From positions 15,253 to 79,252 of the forward strand of contig JAJZAN010000003.1 in assembly GCA_021799435.1 (NCBI GenBank): a stretch of DNA of 64,000 nt, in the 5' to 3' direction. This DNA comes from Bacillota bacterium. Lineage in GTDB: Bacteria; Bacillota; Sulfobacillia; Sulfobacillales; Sulfobacillaceae. The translations under genes and the position numbers were made by a program. The notes below the pieces were generated by a model. That model did not search any database, had not been told where the DNA came from, and saw nothing but the letters and a program-made list of their open reading frames with translations. Shown here one piece after another: positions 10,220-24,151 of this stretch. Each line of letters starts with the position of its first letter. Position 1 is the first letter of the stretch.

Positions 10220-10711
10220 TTATTTCGCCTCGTCCATGCGTCCGTAGCTGCGCTCCGCCAACATGCGTTCGAGTCGTGCAATTTCTTGATGCGCCTGACC
10301 CAGCTTATAGGACAGTTCCTGCATTTGCATTTGCTGTCGGTCGAGCCGGTCGTAACGGGCCCGCATCTCCTGAGTCATGACCTGCACCAAATCCTTCAGC
10401 ATCATATGCTGAGACTCCATGATGTCAAACAGCTCTGTGCTTTCGTGCCGGCTTGGACCCATCAAGGACTGTCCGGCCACGGTACGGCGGGACCGAGCCG
10501 GGGCCATCATAGGTGTGCGCCCAGCCATCTCCGCCAACTCTCGGTACTCAGGACGCCCGGAGGCCTCCAAATCTTCAGTTTTGACCACGTAGGGGCGTCC
10601 CGCCACGCCGCGCTTGCGTGAGGCTGCCAGGCGTCCCGACCGCACATCGTCGCGAAGTGTGGCCCCCATCTCAGGGGCCATCTGAATTAGCTGCGTCAAC
10701 ATGACTTCCAT
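10220..10711 (-). CDS. hypothetical protein: N-terminal excisionase/MerR-like HTH plus Met/Gln-rich C-terminal coiled coil
   Basis: N-terminus LTQLIQMAPEMGATLRDDVRSGRLAASRKRG..GRPYVVKTEDLEA fits the HTH_17 pattern (helix, sGxLpa.k.G.r..i...dl). C-terminus RYDRLDRQQMQMQELSYKLGQAHQEIARLERML is heptad-like. Confidence 0.6.
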   Translation of the reverse strand: MEVMLTQLIQMAPEMGATLRDDVRSGRLAASRKRGVAGRPYVVKTEDLEASGRPEYRELAEMAGRTPMMAPARSRRTVAGQSLMGPSRHESTELFDIMESQHMMLKDLVQVMTQEMRARYDRLDRQQMQMQELSYKLGQAHQEIARLERMLAERSYGRMDEAK

Positions 10712-10795
10712 CGGTCATTCTCCTCCTCCATGAACTCAATTCCTATCATCCCCATCATTTGGCAATTCCATTCCATTTCTTGGCCATTGTTGAAC

Positions 10796-10823
10796 AAAAA
10801 AGAGAGAGCCCGAAGGCTCTCTC
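10796..10823 (-). terminator. rho-independent terminator after groEL
   Basis: Minus strand GAGAGAGCC-ttcg-GGCTCTCTC followed by TTTTTTG. Confidence 0.85.
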
Positions 10824-10837
10824 AAGGGGGGCTGGGA

Positions 10838-12472
<1,635 letters not shown>

Positions 12473-12503
12473 CTAACGTATCCTCCTTTTCGACTAACGG
12501 GTT

Positions 12504-12806
12504 TTACGCTACCACACTGGCCGACGCCAATACGGCCACGATGTCGGTCTCCCGCAAAAGCAGGTAATCCGCATCATCAATTCGCACTTTCTGGCCCATG
12601 CCGTTGTGGAACAAGACCAAGTCGCCGACCTTAACTTCCAAGGCTGCGCGAGCGCCGTTCTCCAAGAGACGGCCGCTGCCGACCGCCGCCACCTCGGCGC
12701 GCTGCAGTTGATCCTTGGCGGTGTCAGGCAAAACGATTCCCGCCACAGTCTTCTCTTCGGCAATCGGTTTGACGACCACGTGGTCGCTCAACGGACGAAT
12801 TTCCAC
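12504..12806 (-). CDS. groS: co-chaperonin GroES
   Basis: 100 aa, IRPLSDHVVVKP...AGIVLPDTAK..., immediately upstream of groEL. GTG start. Confidence 0.95.
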   Translation of the reverse strand: MEIRPLSDHVVVKPIAEEKTVAGIVLPDTAKDQLQRAEVAAVGSGRLLENGARAALEVKVGDLVLFHNGMGQKVRIDDADYLLLRETDIVAVLASASVVA

Positions 12807-12851
12807 GGTTTTCCCTCCTCGACAGGCTGGGGAAGCACTCCCCCTATGTTG

Positions 12852-12878
12852 TTAGCACTCTCGGCTTGTGAGTGCCAA
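12852..12878 (-). promoter_or_regulatory. CIRCE operator (HrcA binding site)
   Basis: TTAGCACTC-tcggcttgt-GAGTGCCAA, one mismatch from the consensus TTAGCACTC-N9-GAGTGCTAA. Lies between the putative -10 and groES. Confidence 0.9.
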
Positions 12879-12893
12879 ATGTCCTTCGGTGCT

Positions 12894-12922
12894 ATGGTAT
12901 CCGAACTCGACGAACGCGTCAA
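12894..12922 (-). promoter_or_regulatory. sigmaA-type promoter of groES-groEL
   Basis: Minus strand TTGACG-N17-TACCAT, directly upstream of CIRCE. Confidence 0.6.
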
Positions 12923-13003
12923 ACTATCTTGAATCACCGATTTACGGTCATTTTGGGCCGAATTCGCCCAGAGCGGGGCATTATGTCACCACTACGGGGT
13001 TTT

Positions 13004-13492
13004 TTACGATTTTTCGTGCCTGGTCTTTCCGTGCAGAAGATCCACGAGATGAACCAGGACGGGATGGACCACGGGCCACAGCTCGTCGATGGCCTTTGGG
13101 GACCCGGGAAAGTTGATAATCAATGTGTGGTCGACGGTTCCCACCACTTGGCGGGAAATCATTCCAAACGGGGTGTGTTTGGCGGACTCGACCCGCATGG
13201 CTTCGGCCATGCCAGGAATCTCTCGGGTGATCAGACGCCGAGTCACTTCCGGCATCACATCCCTTGGCCCCAACCCGGTTCCGCCGGTGGTGACAATAAG
13301 GTCAATGCCGTCCGTGATCCATTGCCGCATTAGAGCTTCCAACTGCTCTTCTTCGTCCGGCAGGACCCGGTAGTCGGCCAGCTCCCCCAACTCCTTTACG
13401 AGCGCACACAAACGCTCTCCGGAGGTGTCCTCCCTCTCGCCGCGGGCTCCGGCATCACTACTGGTCAACACCGCTGCTCGCATCATAGACAC
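13004..13492 (-). CDS. mog: MogA/MoaB-family molybdenum cofactor biosynthesis protein
   Basis: LIVTTGGTGLGPRDVMPEVT and INFPGSPKA motifs. Start overlaps the moaC stop by 1 nt. Confidence 0.85.
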   Translation of the reverse strand: MSMMRAAVLTSSDAGARGEREDTSGERLCALVKELGELADYRVLPDEEEQLEALMRQWITDGIDLIVTTGGTGLGPRDVMPEVTRRLITREIPGMAEAMRVESAKHTPFGMISRQVVGTVDHTLIINFPGSPKAIDELWPVVHPVLVHLVDLLHGKTRHEKS

Positions 13493-13983
13493 TACGCCTC
13501 CTCCCGCCGATAGTCGCCCGAACGGCCCCCGCTCTTAGACACCAAGCGAATCTGGCCCATGGTCATACTGCGGTCGCGGGCCTTCAGCATGTCATAGAGT
13601 GTCAGCAAGGCGGCGCTCACACCCGTCAGGGCTTCCATCTCGACGCCCGTCTTGCCCACCGTTTCGACACTGACCGTGACGTGAAATCCCTCATCCTCCA
13701 CCTCGACATCGCAGGACACCCCGCTGATGGCGATAGGATGGGCCAAGGGGATCCATTCCCAGGTTCGCTTCACCGCCATGATGGCCGCGATCCGGGCGCT
13801 GGCCAGCGCGTCCCCCTTGGGGGCCGCCTGCTCACGCACCAGATCCACAACCTCAGCGCGGGCCTGAAGACGGCCCTCGGCAACAGCCCGCCGCACCGTG
13901 TCGGCCTTCTCCGATACCCGCACCATGTGAACTTCGCCCGTCGGGGTCAAATGAGGCAAGTCCTGTCCCCTCTCCTGCGTCAC
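13492..13983 (-). CDS. moaC: cyclic pyranopterin monophosphate synthase
   Basis: HMVRVSEK...KGD.LA.ARIAAIMAVKRT...IPLAHP...TGVEMEALT, typical of MoaC. Confidence 0.9.
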   Translation of the reverse strand: MTQERGQDLPHLTPTGEVHMVRVSEKADTVRRAVAEGRLQARAEVVDLVREQAAPKGDALASARIAAIMAVKRTWEWIPLAHPIAISGVSCDVEVEDEGFHVTVSVETVGKTGVEMEALTGVSAALLTLYDMLKARDRSMTMGQIRLVSKSGGRSGDYRREEA

Positions 13984-14366
13984 CGTCCCACCTCTCTTTC
14001 TCTGGCCACCGAATCCTCATCGGGTCGTGATTGATGACGGTACAGCCGCCAACTGTGCGGCAAGATCGCCAGCAGAGCCCCGGCGTAGCCCACCTGCAGT
14101 CCCGTGAACAATCCGCGTCCGTCGCTCGGGACACTAAGCAACGCCAACCCCACAGCCGCCGCAATGAGCCCCGCCACGAAACGTCCCGATCCTTGCCGAC
14201 GCCGCCGGCCCGCCAATAATCCCACGCCGAGGATGCCAAACAGCCACCCAATCCACGCTAACCACGCGGCGCTTCGAAAAAGCGGCCATAAATGAAGCCA
14301 TCCTGCCACGGCGAGGACAATTCCTGCCAGAGCCAGAATGACTATGCCCAAATTCCGCATGCCCAC
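13980..14366 (-). CDS. small integral membrane protein (about 4 TM), unknown function
   Basis: Hydrophobic segments IVILALAGIVLAVAGWL, AAWLAWIGWLFGILGVGLL, FVAGLIAAAVGLALL and YAGALLAIL. 4-nt overlap with the moaC start. Confidence 0.55.
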   Translation of the reverse strand: MGMRNLGIVILALAGIVLAVAGWLHLWPLFRSAAWLAWIGWLFGILGVGLLAGRRRRQGSGRFVAGLIAAAVGLALLSVPSDGRGLFTGLQVGYAGALLAILPHSWRLYRHQSRPDEDSVAREREVGR

Positions 14367-14476
14367 ACCTCACATTTCTTGTTCGCGTCGGCATGCAAAA
14401 ATCCTGCCCACTTCATATTCCCCGCATATCAAACATAGCTATATCACAACTTCTTGTCCAAAAAGGCGGGATCCGA

Positions 14477-15241
14477 TTGAAAATTCCCAAGTGGTGGGAG
14501 GTCGTAGTGACGGCCATGATGGTAGGCGCCGTGGCATTCGGCAGCAATACCGGGGCCAAGCGACTCCATACCGCAACACGACCGATTCCCCGCATCATTG
14601 CGCTGACCTTTGACGACGGCCCCTCCCCAACCTACACTCCCCAAGTGCTGGCACTGCTGGCACGCTATCATGCCCACGCTACATTTTTCCTACTGGGCAG
14701 TGAGGTGGCGGCGTTCCCCAAGATCGCCCGTGATATTGTGAACCAGGGATCGGTCGTTGCCAATCACGGGTATCTGCACGTCAACTATTTCCGCGTTGGG
14801 GTGGGCGGCGTCACGAAAGACGCCGAACGCACAGAGGCCCTCTTGAAAAAGGACCACATTCCCATGGCGCCCTTCTATCGCCCGCCATTCGGCAACTCCA
14901 ACAAGGCCCTCGTCAAGGGCATGTCCAAACGGGGCTATACCCTGACGTTGTGGTCTATCGATACCCGCGATTGGACCTCCCCCGGAACCTCCTACATCAC
15001 GCGCAAAGTCCTCAAAGACGCCGAACCCGGCGCCATCGTCCTCATGCATGACAGCGGCGGCAACCGAACACAGACGATTCAGGCCTTGGCGGCCATCTTA
15101 CCAACGTTGGAGGCCGAGGGATATCGGTTTGTCACGCTGCCGCAATATGTGAAAGACCTGAATCTCAAAGCGCCACCCAAGCTCCCGCTTCCGCCGCCTC
15201 CAGCGCCTGCTCCAGCACCGGTGAAACCGGGCACGGCTTAA
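14477..15241 (+). CDS. polysaccharide deacetylase (NodB homology domain), membrane-anchored, Pro-rich C-terminal tail
   Basis: IIALTFDDGPSPTYTP..., HGYLHV and LMHD motifs. I prefer TTG 14477, which has an AAAGGCGGG RBS 6 nt upstream. The ORF-track start is 14393. Confidence 0.8.
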   Translation: MKIPKWWEVVVTAMMVGAVAFGSNTGAKRLHTATRPIPRIIALTFDDGPSPTYTPQVLALLARYHAHATFFLLGSEVAAFPKIARDIVNQGSVVANHGYLHVNYFRVGVGGVTKDAERTEALLKKDHIPMAPFYRPPFGNSNKALVKGMSKRGYTLTLWSIDTRDWTSPGTSYITRKVLKDAEPGAIVLMHDSGGNRTQTIQALAAILPTLEAEGYRFVTLPQYVKDLNLKAPPKLPLPPPPAPAPAPVKPGTA

Positions 15242-15257
15242 GCGACGCGCGAGAGTC

Positions 15258-15287
15258 AAAAAGCTGCCCGGTTAGGGCAGCTTTTTT
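15258..15287. terminator. bidirectional rho-independent terminator
   Basis: AAAAAGCTGCCC-ggtta-GGGCAGCTTTTTT between the convergent deacetylase and hbd genes. Confidence 0.85.
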
Positions 15288-15291
15288 CATT

Positions 15292-16137
15292 CTAGTATTG
15301 GTAAAACCCTCGCCCCGTTTTCCGCCCATAGAGCCCAGCGTCCACCATCTTCTTCAACAAGGGGGCCGGCCGGTATTTGGGATCGCCAAAGCCCTCATAG
15401 AGCACTTCCAAAATGGCCAGACACGTGTCGAGCCCAATAAAGTCGGCCAGCGTTAACGGTCCCATAGGATGGTTCATGCCCAGCTTCATCACGGTGTCAA
15501 TGGCGTCACGGTCCGCTACGCCCTCACCCAGCGCAAACACCGCCTCGTTAATCATCGGCATGAGAATGCGGTTGGCGACAAATCCGGGATAGTCGTGTGC
15601 CTCAACTGGCGTCTTCCCCATCTCGCGCGCCATGTCCAGAACCCGGCGCACCGTCTGGTCGTCGGTAAGCTCCCCGCGAATAACCTCCACCAGCACCATT
15701 ACCGGCACCGGATTCATGAAGTGCATGCCAATCACCTTGTCCGGACGCGTCGTCACCCGCGCCAACCGGGTTATGCTTATCGACGACGTGTTGCTGGCCA
15801 GTATGGTGTGGGGCGGGAAATGCTGGTCAAGTTCCCTGAATAGTTGGCGCTTGACCTCTTCGTTTTCGACCACCGCTTCGACGACAATGTCGGCCTCCGG
15901 CACGTCATTGATGCTTGCCACCGGGTGCAGTCGCGCCAAGGCGGCGCGTGCGTCCTCCGGGCTCATGCGGCCCTTCTCCACGTTCCGCTCCAGCCGCGCC
16001 TCGATGCCTTTAACACCGCGGCTCAACCCCTCCGCCACCGCATCCGTCAAATAGACGACAAACCCATGAGTCGCTGCCGTCTCTGCAATACCGGCGCCCA
16101 TTTGCCCAGCGCCGATGACGAAAAATGTCCCTGCCAT
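15292..16137 (-). CDS. hbd: 3-hydroxybutyryl-CoA dehydrogenase
   Basis: Rossmann [12 protein letters not shown] and HFMNPVPVM. Start set at ATG 16137 ([11 protein letters not shown]), 11 nt after the thiolase stop. Confidence 0.9.
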   Translation of the reverse strand: MAGTFFVIGAGQMGAGIAETAATHGFVVYLTDAVAEGLSRGVKGIEARLERNVEKGRMSPEDARAALARLHPVASINDVPEADIVVEAVVENEEVKRQLFRELDQHFPPHTILASNTSSISITRLARVTTRPDKVIGMHFMNPVPVMVLVEVIRGELTDDQTVRRVLDMAREMGKTPVEAHDYPGFVANRILMPMINEAVFALGEGVADRDAIDTVMKLGMNHPMGPLTLADFIGLDTCLAILEVLYEGFGDPKYRPAPLLKKMVDAGLYGRKTGRGFYQY

Positions 16138-16148
16138 GTCGGACCTCC

Positions 16149-17330
16149 TCAGCCCACTTTGACGATGGTCGCCTCGCCCTGTCCGCCCCCGCTGCAAATC
16201 GCGGCCAGTCCATACCCACCGCCGCGATGCGCCAGCTCCAAAATGAGCGTGAGCAGAATGCGCGCCCCAGAAGCGCCAATCGGGTGGCCCAAGGCGACCG
16301 CGCCGCCGTTGACGTTAACCTTGTCTTCCGATAGACCCAAAAGCTTGATGCTGGTCAGCGTGACTGCTGCAAACGCCTCGTTAATTTCTGCCAGCGCCAA
16401 GTCCTCGGCTTTCAGGCCCGCGCGGCTGAGAGCCGCCTCCGCAGCGTAGGCCGGCACCGTATGCAGGTACTTGGGGGCCCTGGAAGCGGTTCCGGAACTG
16501 ATGATGGTAGCCAATGGCTTCAGGCCCCGCCGTTCAGCTTCCTCCCGGGACATGAGAACCAAGGCAGCCGCCCCGTCCGTGAGTCCCGGCGCGTTGCCGG
16601 CGGTAACGGTGCCATCTGCCTGAAAGGCCGGGCGCAGAGCCGCCATCTTTTCCAACGACGTGTCCCGCCGGGGTCCGACGTCTTCAGCCACCTGGGTCAC
16701 GGCGCCTTTCTTGCCGGGCACGTCAACCGGCACAATCTCCTCGGCCATCCGCCCGCTGTCGATGGCAGCCAGAGCCCGCTCGTGACTCCGATAAGCCCAG
16801 CGGTCCTGCTCCTCTCGGGATATGTGATACTCCGCTGCCACCTCGCTGCCGTACACGCCCATATGACAGTTGCCAAAACTGCACCAGAGCCCGTCATGCA
16901 CCACCGCATCGATGAACGGCACGTCGCCCATGCGAAGTCCATAGCGGGCCCCTTTGACCAAGTAGGGCGCCTGGCTCATGGATTCCATTCCACCAGCGAT
17001 GGCGGTGCGAATGTCTCCCAAACGAATAGCCATGTCGGCCAAATTCACCGCCCGAAGGCTGGAAGCGCAGACTTTGTTAATGGTGTCAGAGGCGACCGTC
17101 TCGGGCAGCCCCGCCTTCATCGTGGCCTGCCGAGAGGGAATTTGCCCGGCTCCCGCCTGCACCACCTGACCCATCCACGCGTAATCGATTTCGTCTCCTG
17201 CAACTCCGCTCTTGTCGATTGCCGCCCGGATCGCCGCGGCTCCTAAGTCCACGGCAGAAACGTCCTTCAGCGCCCCCCCAAAGGTCACAAAGGGCGTGCG
17301 TGCGACAGCGACCACAACCGTTTCCGGCAT
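16149..17330 (-). CDS. acetyl-CoA C-acetyltransferase (thiolase II)
   Basis: [11 protein letters not shown] (active-site Cys), [21 protein letters not shown] and CSGGGQGEA. Confidence 0.93.
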   Translation of the reverse strand: MPETVVVAVARTPFVTFGGALKDVSAVDLGAAAIRAAIDKSGVAGDEIDYAWMGQVVQAGAGQIPSRQATMKAGLPETVASDTINKVCASSLRAVNLADMAIRLGDIRTAIAGGMESMSQAPYLVKGARYGLRMGDVPFIDAVVHDGLWCSFGNCHMGVYGSEVAAEYHISREEQDRWAYRSHERALAAIDSGRMAEEIVPVDVPGKKGAVTQVAEDVGPRRDTSLEKMAALRPAFQADGTVTAGNAPGLTDGAAALVLMSREEAERRGLKPLATIISSGTASRAPKYLHTVPAYAAEAALSRAGLKAEDLALAEINEAFAAVTLTSIKLLGLSEDKVNVNGGAVALGHPIGASGARILLTLILELAHRGGGYGLAAICSGGGQGEATIVKVG

Positions 17331-17358
17331 GTTGACGCCTCCCCAAAATTGAAAGGTA

Positions 17359-18618
17359 TTAATCCTTGCGCTCGATGACCGCGCCCAATGAAGCCAGTTT
17401 CACTTCCATCCCGTGATACCCGCGGTCGATGTATTCAACCCCGTCGACCTGTGTCGCCCCTTCGGCACGCAGCGCCGCGAGCACCAACGCAGCTCCGCCA
17501 CGAATATCCTGCGCCTCTACAGGCGCTCCCGTCAACCGATCCGCTCCGCGAATAATGGCGGTTTCACGATCCGCTTTAATGTCTGCCCCCAACCGCACCA
17601 ATTCGTGCGTGTAGCCGAATCGGTTTTCGAACACCGTTTCCTGAACCACTGCCACCCCGTCCGCCACCGCCAGCATGGATACCATCTGGGGATGCAAGTC
17701 CGTAGGAAAACCCGGGTGGGGCAAGGTTTCAATGTCCACCGCCTTGAGTCTCGGCGGGCTGATGATGCGAATCCAATCCATATCCTCTTCAATTTGCGCC
17801 CCGGCCTGACTCAGCTTCAACAACACAGTCCGCAAATGCTCCGGAATCACGTTGCCGACTGTCACGACCCCGCCGGTTATAGCCCCCGCCAGCAGATAGG
17901 TCCCGGCCTCCAGGCGGTCGGGAATAATCTCGTGGCGCGTGCCCTTCAGGCGGCTCACCCCTTCCACGCGCACCAGATTGGTACCCGCTCCCCGCACTCG
18001 CCCGCCCATGGCGTTGAGAAAATTGGCCACGTCAACAATTTCGGGCTCCATGGCGGCATTCTCCAGAATCGTAGTGCCTTCCGCCAAACTCCCGGCAATC
18101 ATCAGATTCAATGTCGTCCCAAAGGAGGCCCTTTCGATGTAGATGCGGGTACCTGTAAGCCGCCCCTCAACTGTGCCTTGGATGGACCCGTGCTCGAGCC
18201 GCATGTCTGCGCCGAGCGCCTGAAATCCTTGAATGTGGAAATTGACCGGCCGGGATCCGATTTGGCATCCCCCCGGAAACGCCACATCGGCTTGTCCCAA
18301 ACGAGCCAACAAAAGACCCACCAGATAGGTGGAACCCCGCAGCTTCTTTGCTAAATCATAACGAGCCTGATATCCATTGAGCTCCCGAGCGTCGATGGCC
18401 AGACGGTTGGAAGCCTGCCACTCCACGCCAACACCCAAATCCCGCAGAATCTCGCATAAATCCAAAATATCCGTGTATCGGGGCACATTTTCCAACACGG
18501 TCGTACCATCGGCTGCCAACGCAGCCGCCACGATAATCGGCAGCGCGCTGTTTTTGGATCCTTCCACGGCGACGTCGCCAGCCAAGGCCCGGCCGCCTTC
18601 AATGACAAACTGCGCCAC
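17359..18618 (-). CDS. murA: UDP-N-acetylglucosamine 1-carboxyvinyltransferase
   Basis: FVIEGGRALAGDVAVEGSKNSALPI, with GGCQIGSRPVNFH containing the catalytic Cys. Confidence 0.95.
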   Translation of the reverse strand: MAQFVIEGGRALAGDVAVEGSKNSALPIIVAAALAADGTTVLENVPRYTDILDLCEILRDLGVGVEWQASNRLAIDARELNGYQARYDLAKKLRGSTYLVGLLLARLGQADVAFPGGCQIGSRPVNFHIQGFQALGADMRLEHGSIQGTVEGRLTGTRIYIERASFGTTLNLMIAGSLAEGTTILENAAMEPEIVDVANFLNAMGGRVRGAGTNLVRVEGVSRLKGTRHEIIPDRLEAGTYLLAGAITGGVVTVGNVIPEHLRTVLLKLSQAGAQIEEDMDWIRIISPPRLKAVDIETLPHPGFPTDLHPQMVSMLAVADGVAVVQETVFENRFGYTHELVRLGADIKADRETAIIRGADRLTGAPVEAQDIRGGAALVLAALRAEGATQVDGVEYIDRGYHGMEVKLASLGAVIERKD

Positions 18619-18638
18619 GCGCGCTCTTCCTTTCGTTA

Positions 18639-21564
<2,926 letters not shown>

Positions 21565-21630
21565 CCGTCGACCGCCCTTTATGTACCAGGTTTGTATTAG
21601 ATTACGCCGCTGCCAACGGTTTCATCCGAA

Positions 21631-22143
21631 CTATTGAAAGTGCCAGCCCTGGCGCACCCACAATTCCACGTAATGCTGGGACGCCAAGCGAATGCGCTCT
21701 ATTTCAGCTGCAGCCAAACGGCGCACCACGCGACCAGGCCTGCCCAGCACCAATGAACCGCTGGGCACCTCCATGCCCTCCGTAATGAGGGTTCCGGCCC
21801 CCACAATCACGTCGGAATGAATCAAAGCACCATTCATAATCAGCGATCCCATGCCCACCAGCACCCGATCCTCGATACGAGCCCCGTGGACGATGGTGTT
21901 GTGGCCAATGGTCACATCGTCCCCGATAAGGCAGGGCTGGCCCAAATCCGCGTGGAGGGTGCTGTTGTCCTGCAAGTTGCTGCGCTGACCGAGCTGAATC
22001 CGGTCAGCGTCTGCTCGGATAACGGCGTTGAACCATACCGACGATTCCCGTCCGAGCGCGGCTTGGCCAATGACATAGCTGCCTGGGGCCAAAAACACTG
22101 GGCTTTCCACCGTCGGTGACCAGTCACCGAAGTCCATCAACAT
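21631..22143 (-). CDS. gamma-carbonic-anhydrase-family / hexapeptide-repeat protein
   Basis: SSVWFNAVIRADADRIQLGQRSNLQDNSTLHAD plus left-handed beta-helix repeats. The start overlaps the tsaD 3' end. Confidence 0.85.
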   Translation of the reverse strand: MLMDFGDWSPTVESPVFLAPGSYVIGQAALGRESSVWFNAVIRADADRIQLGQRSNLQDNSTLHADLGQPCLIGDDVTIGHNTIVHGARIEDRVLVGMGSLIMNGALIHSDVIVGAGTLITEGMEVPSGSLVLGRPGRVVRRLAAAEIERIRLASQHYVELWVRQGWHFQ

Positions 22144-23155
22144 GCAACCTTACCTCCTGTCCAACCTCGTTCAGCGACCATGGGGTTTTGGGCCCGTCAT
22201 CTTGACCCATGGTCCACCCGCGCTGATAGCGGTAAAACCCGGCTGCCGCGACCATCGCGGCGTTGTCGGTGCAGAGTGACGCGGGAGGGTGATGGACGGC
22301 GACGCCGGCGCCCTCCCCCCAGGACACCACCGCCTGTTGGAGCCGTTGGTTGGCGGTCACGCCGCCAGCTAAATACACGTGTCCAACGGGAAAACGCGTG
22401 TGGGCACGGGCCAAATTTTTCACCAGCGCCTCCACCACAGCCTCTTCCAATGCGCGGGCGATGCTCGCCTGCATCTCGGGCGCTCGGCGGGTCAACTCTT
22501 CCGTAGCCGTTTTGAGTCCACTAAAACTAAAGTCCAACGTATCGGGCCCTAACCAGGCTACCGGGAGTCTTAAGCGAGGTTCGTTGGGGGCGCTCCGAGC
22601 CAGCGTTTCAATTTCAGGTCCGCCGGGATAGGGCAGTCCTAAGAGGCGTGCCCCCTTGTCGAGGGCTTCGCCGGCCGCGTCATCCCGCGTCGCTCCCAAG
22701 ATCCGCAGCTGTCCATGGCCCTCCCATAAAATGAGGCTCGTGTGTCCGCCCGAGACAATCAAGCCCAACGCCGGAAACTGGATGGGCTCTGTGAGCGCGT
22801 TGGCGTAAAGATGCGCTTCCAAGTGATGCACCCCCACGACCGGGACCTTCCAGGCCTGGGCAATCGCCTTGGCAAACGTCACACCAATGAGCAGCGCTCC
22901 CAAGAGTCCCGGTCCCTGCGTGACCGCAACCACATCCACTTGGGCGGGAACGGTCTCGGCCGAGACCAGAGCTTGTTCAACGACCGGCAAAATGGACATC
23001 GTGTGCTCGCGAGCTGCCACTTCCGGCACCACGCCTCCAAACCGCCGCTGAACCATAGCCGAGGACAACCGCTCGGATGCAAGAAGAACCCGGCCGTCGT
23101 CCACGACGGCGGCTGCCGTGTCGTCACAGGAGGATTCGATCCCCAAAATACGCAT
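22124..23155 (-). CDS. tsaD: tRNA N6-adenosine threonylcarbamoyltransferase
   Basis: MRILGIESSCDDTAAAVV...VPEVAAREH...GVHHLEAHL. Confidence 0.95.
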   Translation of the reverse strand: MRILGIESSCDDTAAAVVDDGRVLLASERLSSAMVQRRFGGVVPEVAAREHTMSILPVVEQALVSAETVPAQVDVVAVTQGPGLLGALLIGVTFAKAIAQAWKVPVVGVHHLEAHLYANALTEPIQFPALGLIVSGGHTSLILWEGHGQLRILGATRDDAAGEALDKGARLLGLPYPGGPEIETLARSAPNEPRLRLPVAWLGPDTLDFSFSGLKTATEELTRRAPEMQASIARALEEAVVEALVKNLARAHTRFPVGHVYLAGGVTANQRLQQAVVSWGEGAGVAVHHPPASLCTDNAAMVAAAGFYRYQRGWTMGQDDGPKTPWSLNEVGQEVRLHVDGLR

Positions 23156-23202
23156 AACTCACCTCCACGTGGCCCACAGTATTCGACAAAGGAGGGCGAA
23201 AC

Positions 23203-23676
23203 ATGGCCATCGTATGGCTTTATGGTGCACTGTTGTTCGCGGCCTACTCCGGGCCCACACTGCTGACCCTTTCCAGCTACACCTACGGTATCATGACTTT
23301 GGCTCGCTTTGTGAGTTTTTTGGTAAGCGTCACGTTATTTGTGATGTTGGGCAAAAGCCTCAAGAAGCGCCAACGACGGCGGTTTTCCACAGGGCTCGTG
23401 GTGGGGGCCGCGGTAGCGATCATGGGCACTGGCGCCAGTCAGGCCATCCGGCATCTGCCCCAGGCGGAAAACGCCTTTGCGGCGCAAATGCCGGGCGTGC
23501 CGCACGCAGCCGCCATGACGATGCTCCACCTGCATATGGTGGCCAGCGTCGTCCTCTCCGCGATCATGTACGGGGTGTTGTTCGGCCTGTTGGGGGCGGT
23601 GGCGGTATGGTGGGGCGGTCGCACGCCGCGGACTCGTCCCCCAGAGCATCCCACTCCGGAACACGAGATGGGCTAA
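23203..23676 (+). CDS. hypothetical 4-TM membrane protein
   Basis: Strong AAAGGAGGG RBS 6 nt before the ATG. Four hydrophobic helices with a KKRQRRR loop. Lies on the opposite strand inside the tsa cluster. Confidence 0.6.
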   Translation: MAIVWLYGALLFAAYSGPTLLTLSSYTYGIMTLARFVSFLVSVTLFVMLGKSLKKRQRRRFSTGLVVGAAVAIMGTGASQAIRHLPQAENAFAAQMPGVPHAAAMTMLHLHMVASVVLSAIMYGVLFGLLGAVAVWWGGRTPRTRPPEHPTPEHEMG

Positions 23677-24143
23677 AGCGGATCCTTCCACATAATAAAC
23701 GCATCCTCGCGCGGATCGCTGTAGTAGCCGCGGCGTACGCCCAGTTGAATGAAGCCCAGTTTCTGATACAGGTTCTGGGCGACAGTATTGGAGCGACGCA
23801 CTTCCAGGGTCATGCGCAGCGCCCCGGCGCTCTTAGCCCGATCCATGAGCCCCCGCATCATTCGTTCACCTAGGTGTGAGCCGCGAAAATCCGGATGCAC
23901 CGCTACGTTGGTGACATGAGCCTCGTCAAGAATGAGCCACATTCCTCCGTAGGCGGCAACCCGGCCATGAAAGTCCAGAACCAAGTATTGAGCGAAATTG
24001 TTTTCCATCAATTCGCTTTGGAATGCGGCACGAGACCAAGGGGTCGGAAACGACGCTGCTTCGATTCCCATCACCGCATCCAAGTCCGAGAGATACATAT
24101 CTCGCACCAGGACTTCTTCATCCGGTTGATTCGGAAGTGCCAT
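23673..24143 (-). CDS. rimI: ribosomal-protein-alanine N-acetyltransferase
   Basis: GNAT fold (VTNVAVHPDFRGSHLGERMM) in the conserved position after tsaB. Confidence 0.85.
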   Translation of the reverse strand: MALPNQPDEEVLVRDMYLSDLDAVMGIEAASFPTPWSRAAFQSELMENNFAQYLVLDFHGRVAAYGGMWLILDEAHVTNVAVHPDFRGSHLGERMMRGLMDRAKSAGALRMTLEVRRSNTVAQNLYQKLGFIQLGVRRGYYSDPREDAFIMWKDPL

Positions 24144-24151
24144 GCGTCACC

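Noticed and set aside
12960-13003. T-run (GGGGTTTTTTACGATTTTT) after mog as a terminator
   Set aside because: The flanking CGGGG...CGGGG segments are direct repeats, not complementary, so no stem can form.
17413-18354. 313-aa plus-strand ORF; similar cases at 19341-20147, 5547-6143 and 15844-16449
   Set aside because: These are antisense to murA, guaB, purC and hbd/thiolase respectively. Their Arg/Pro/His-rich composition marks them as shadow ORFs.
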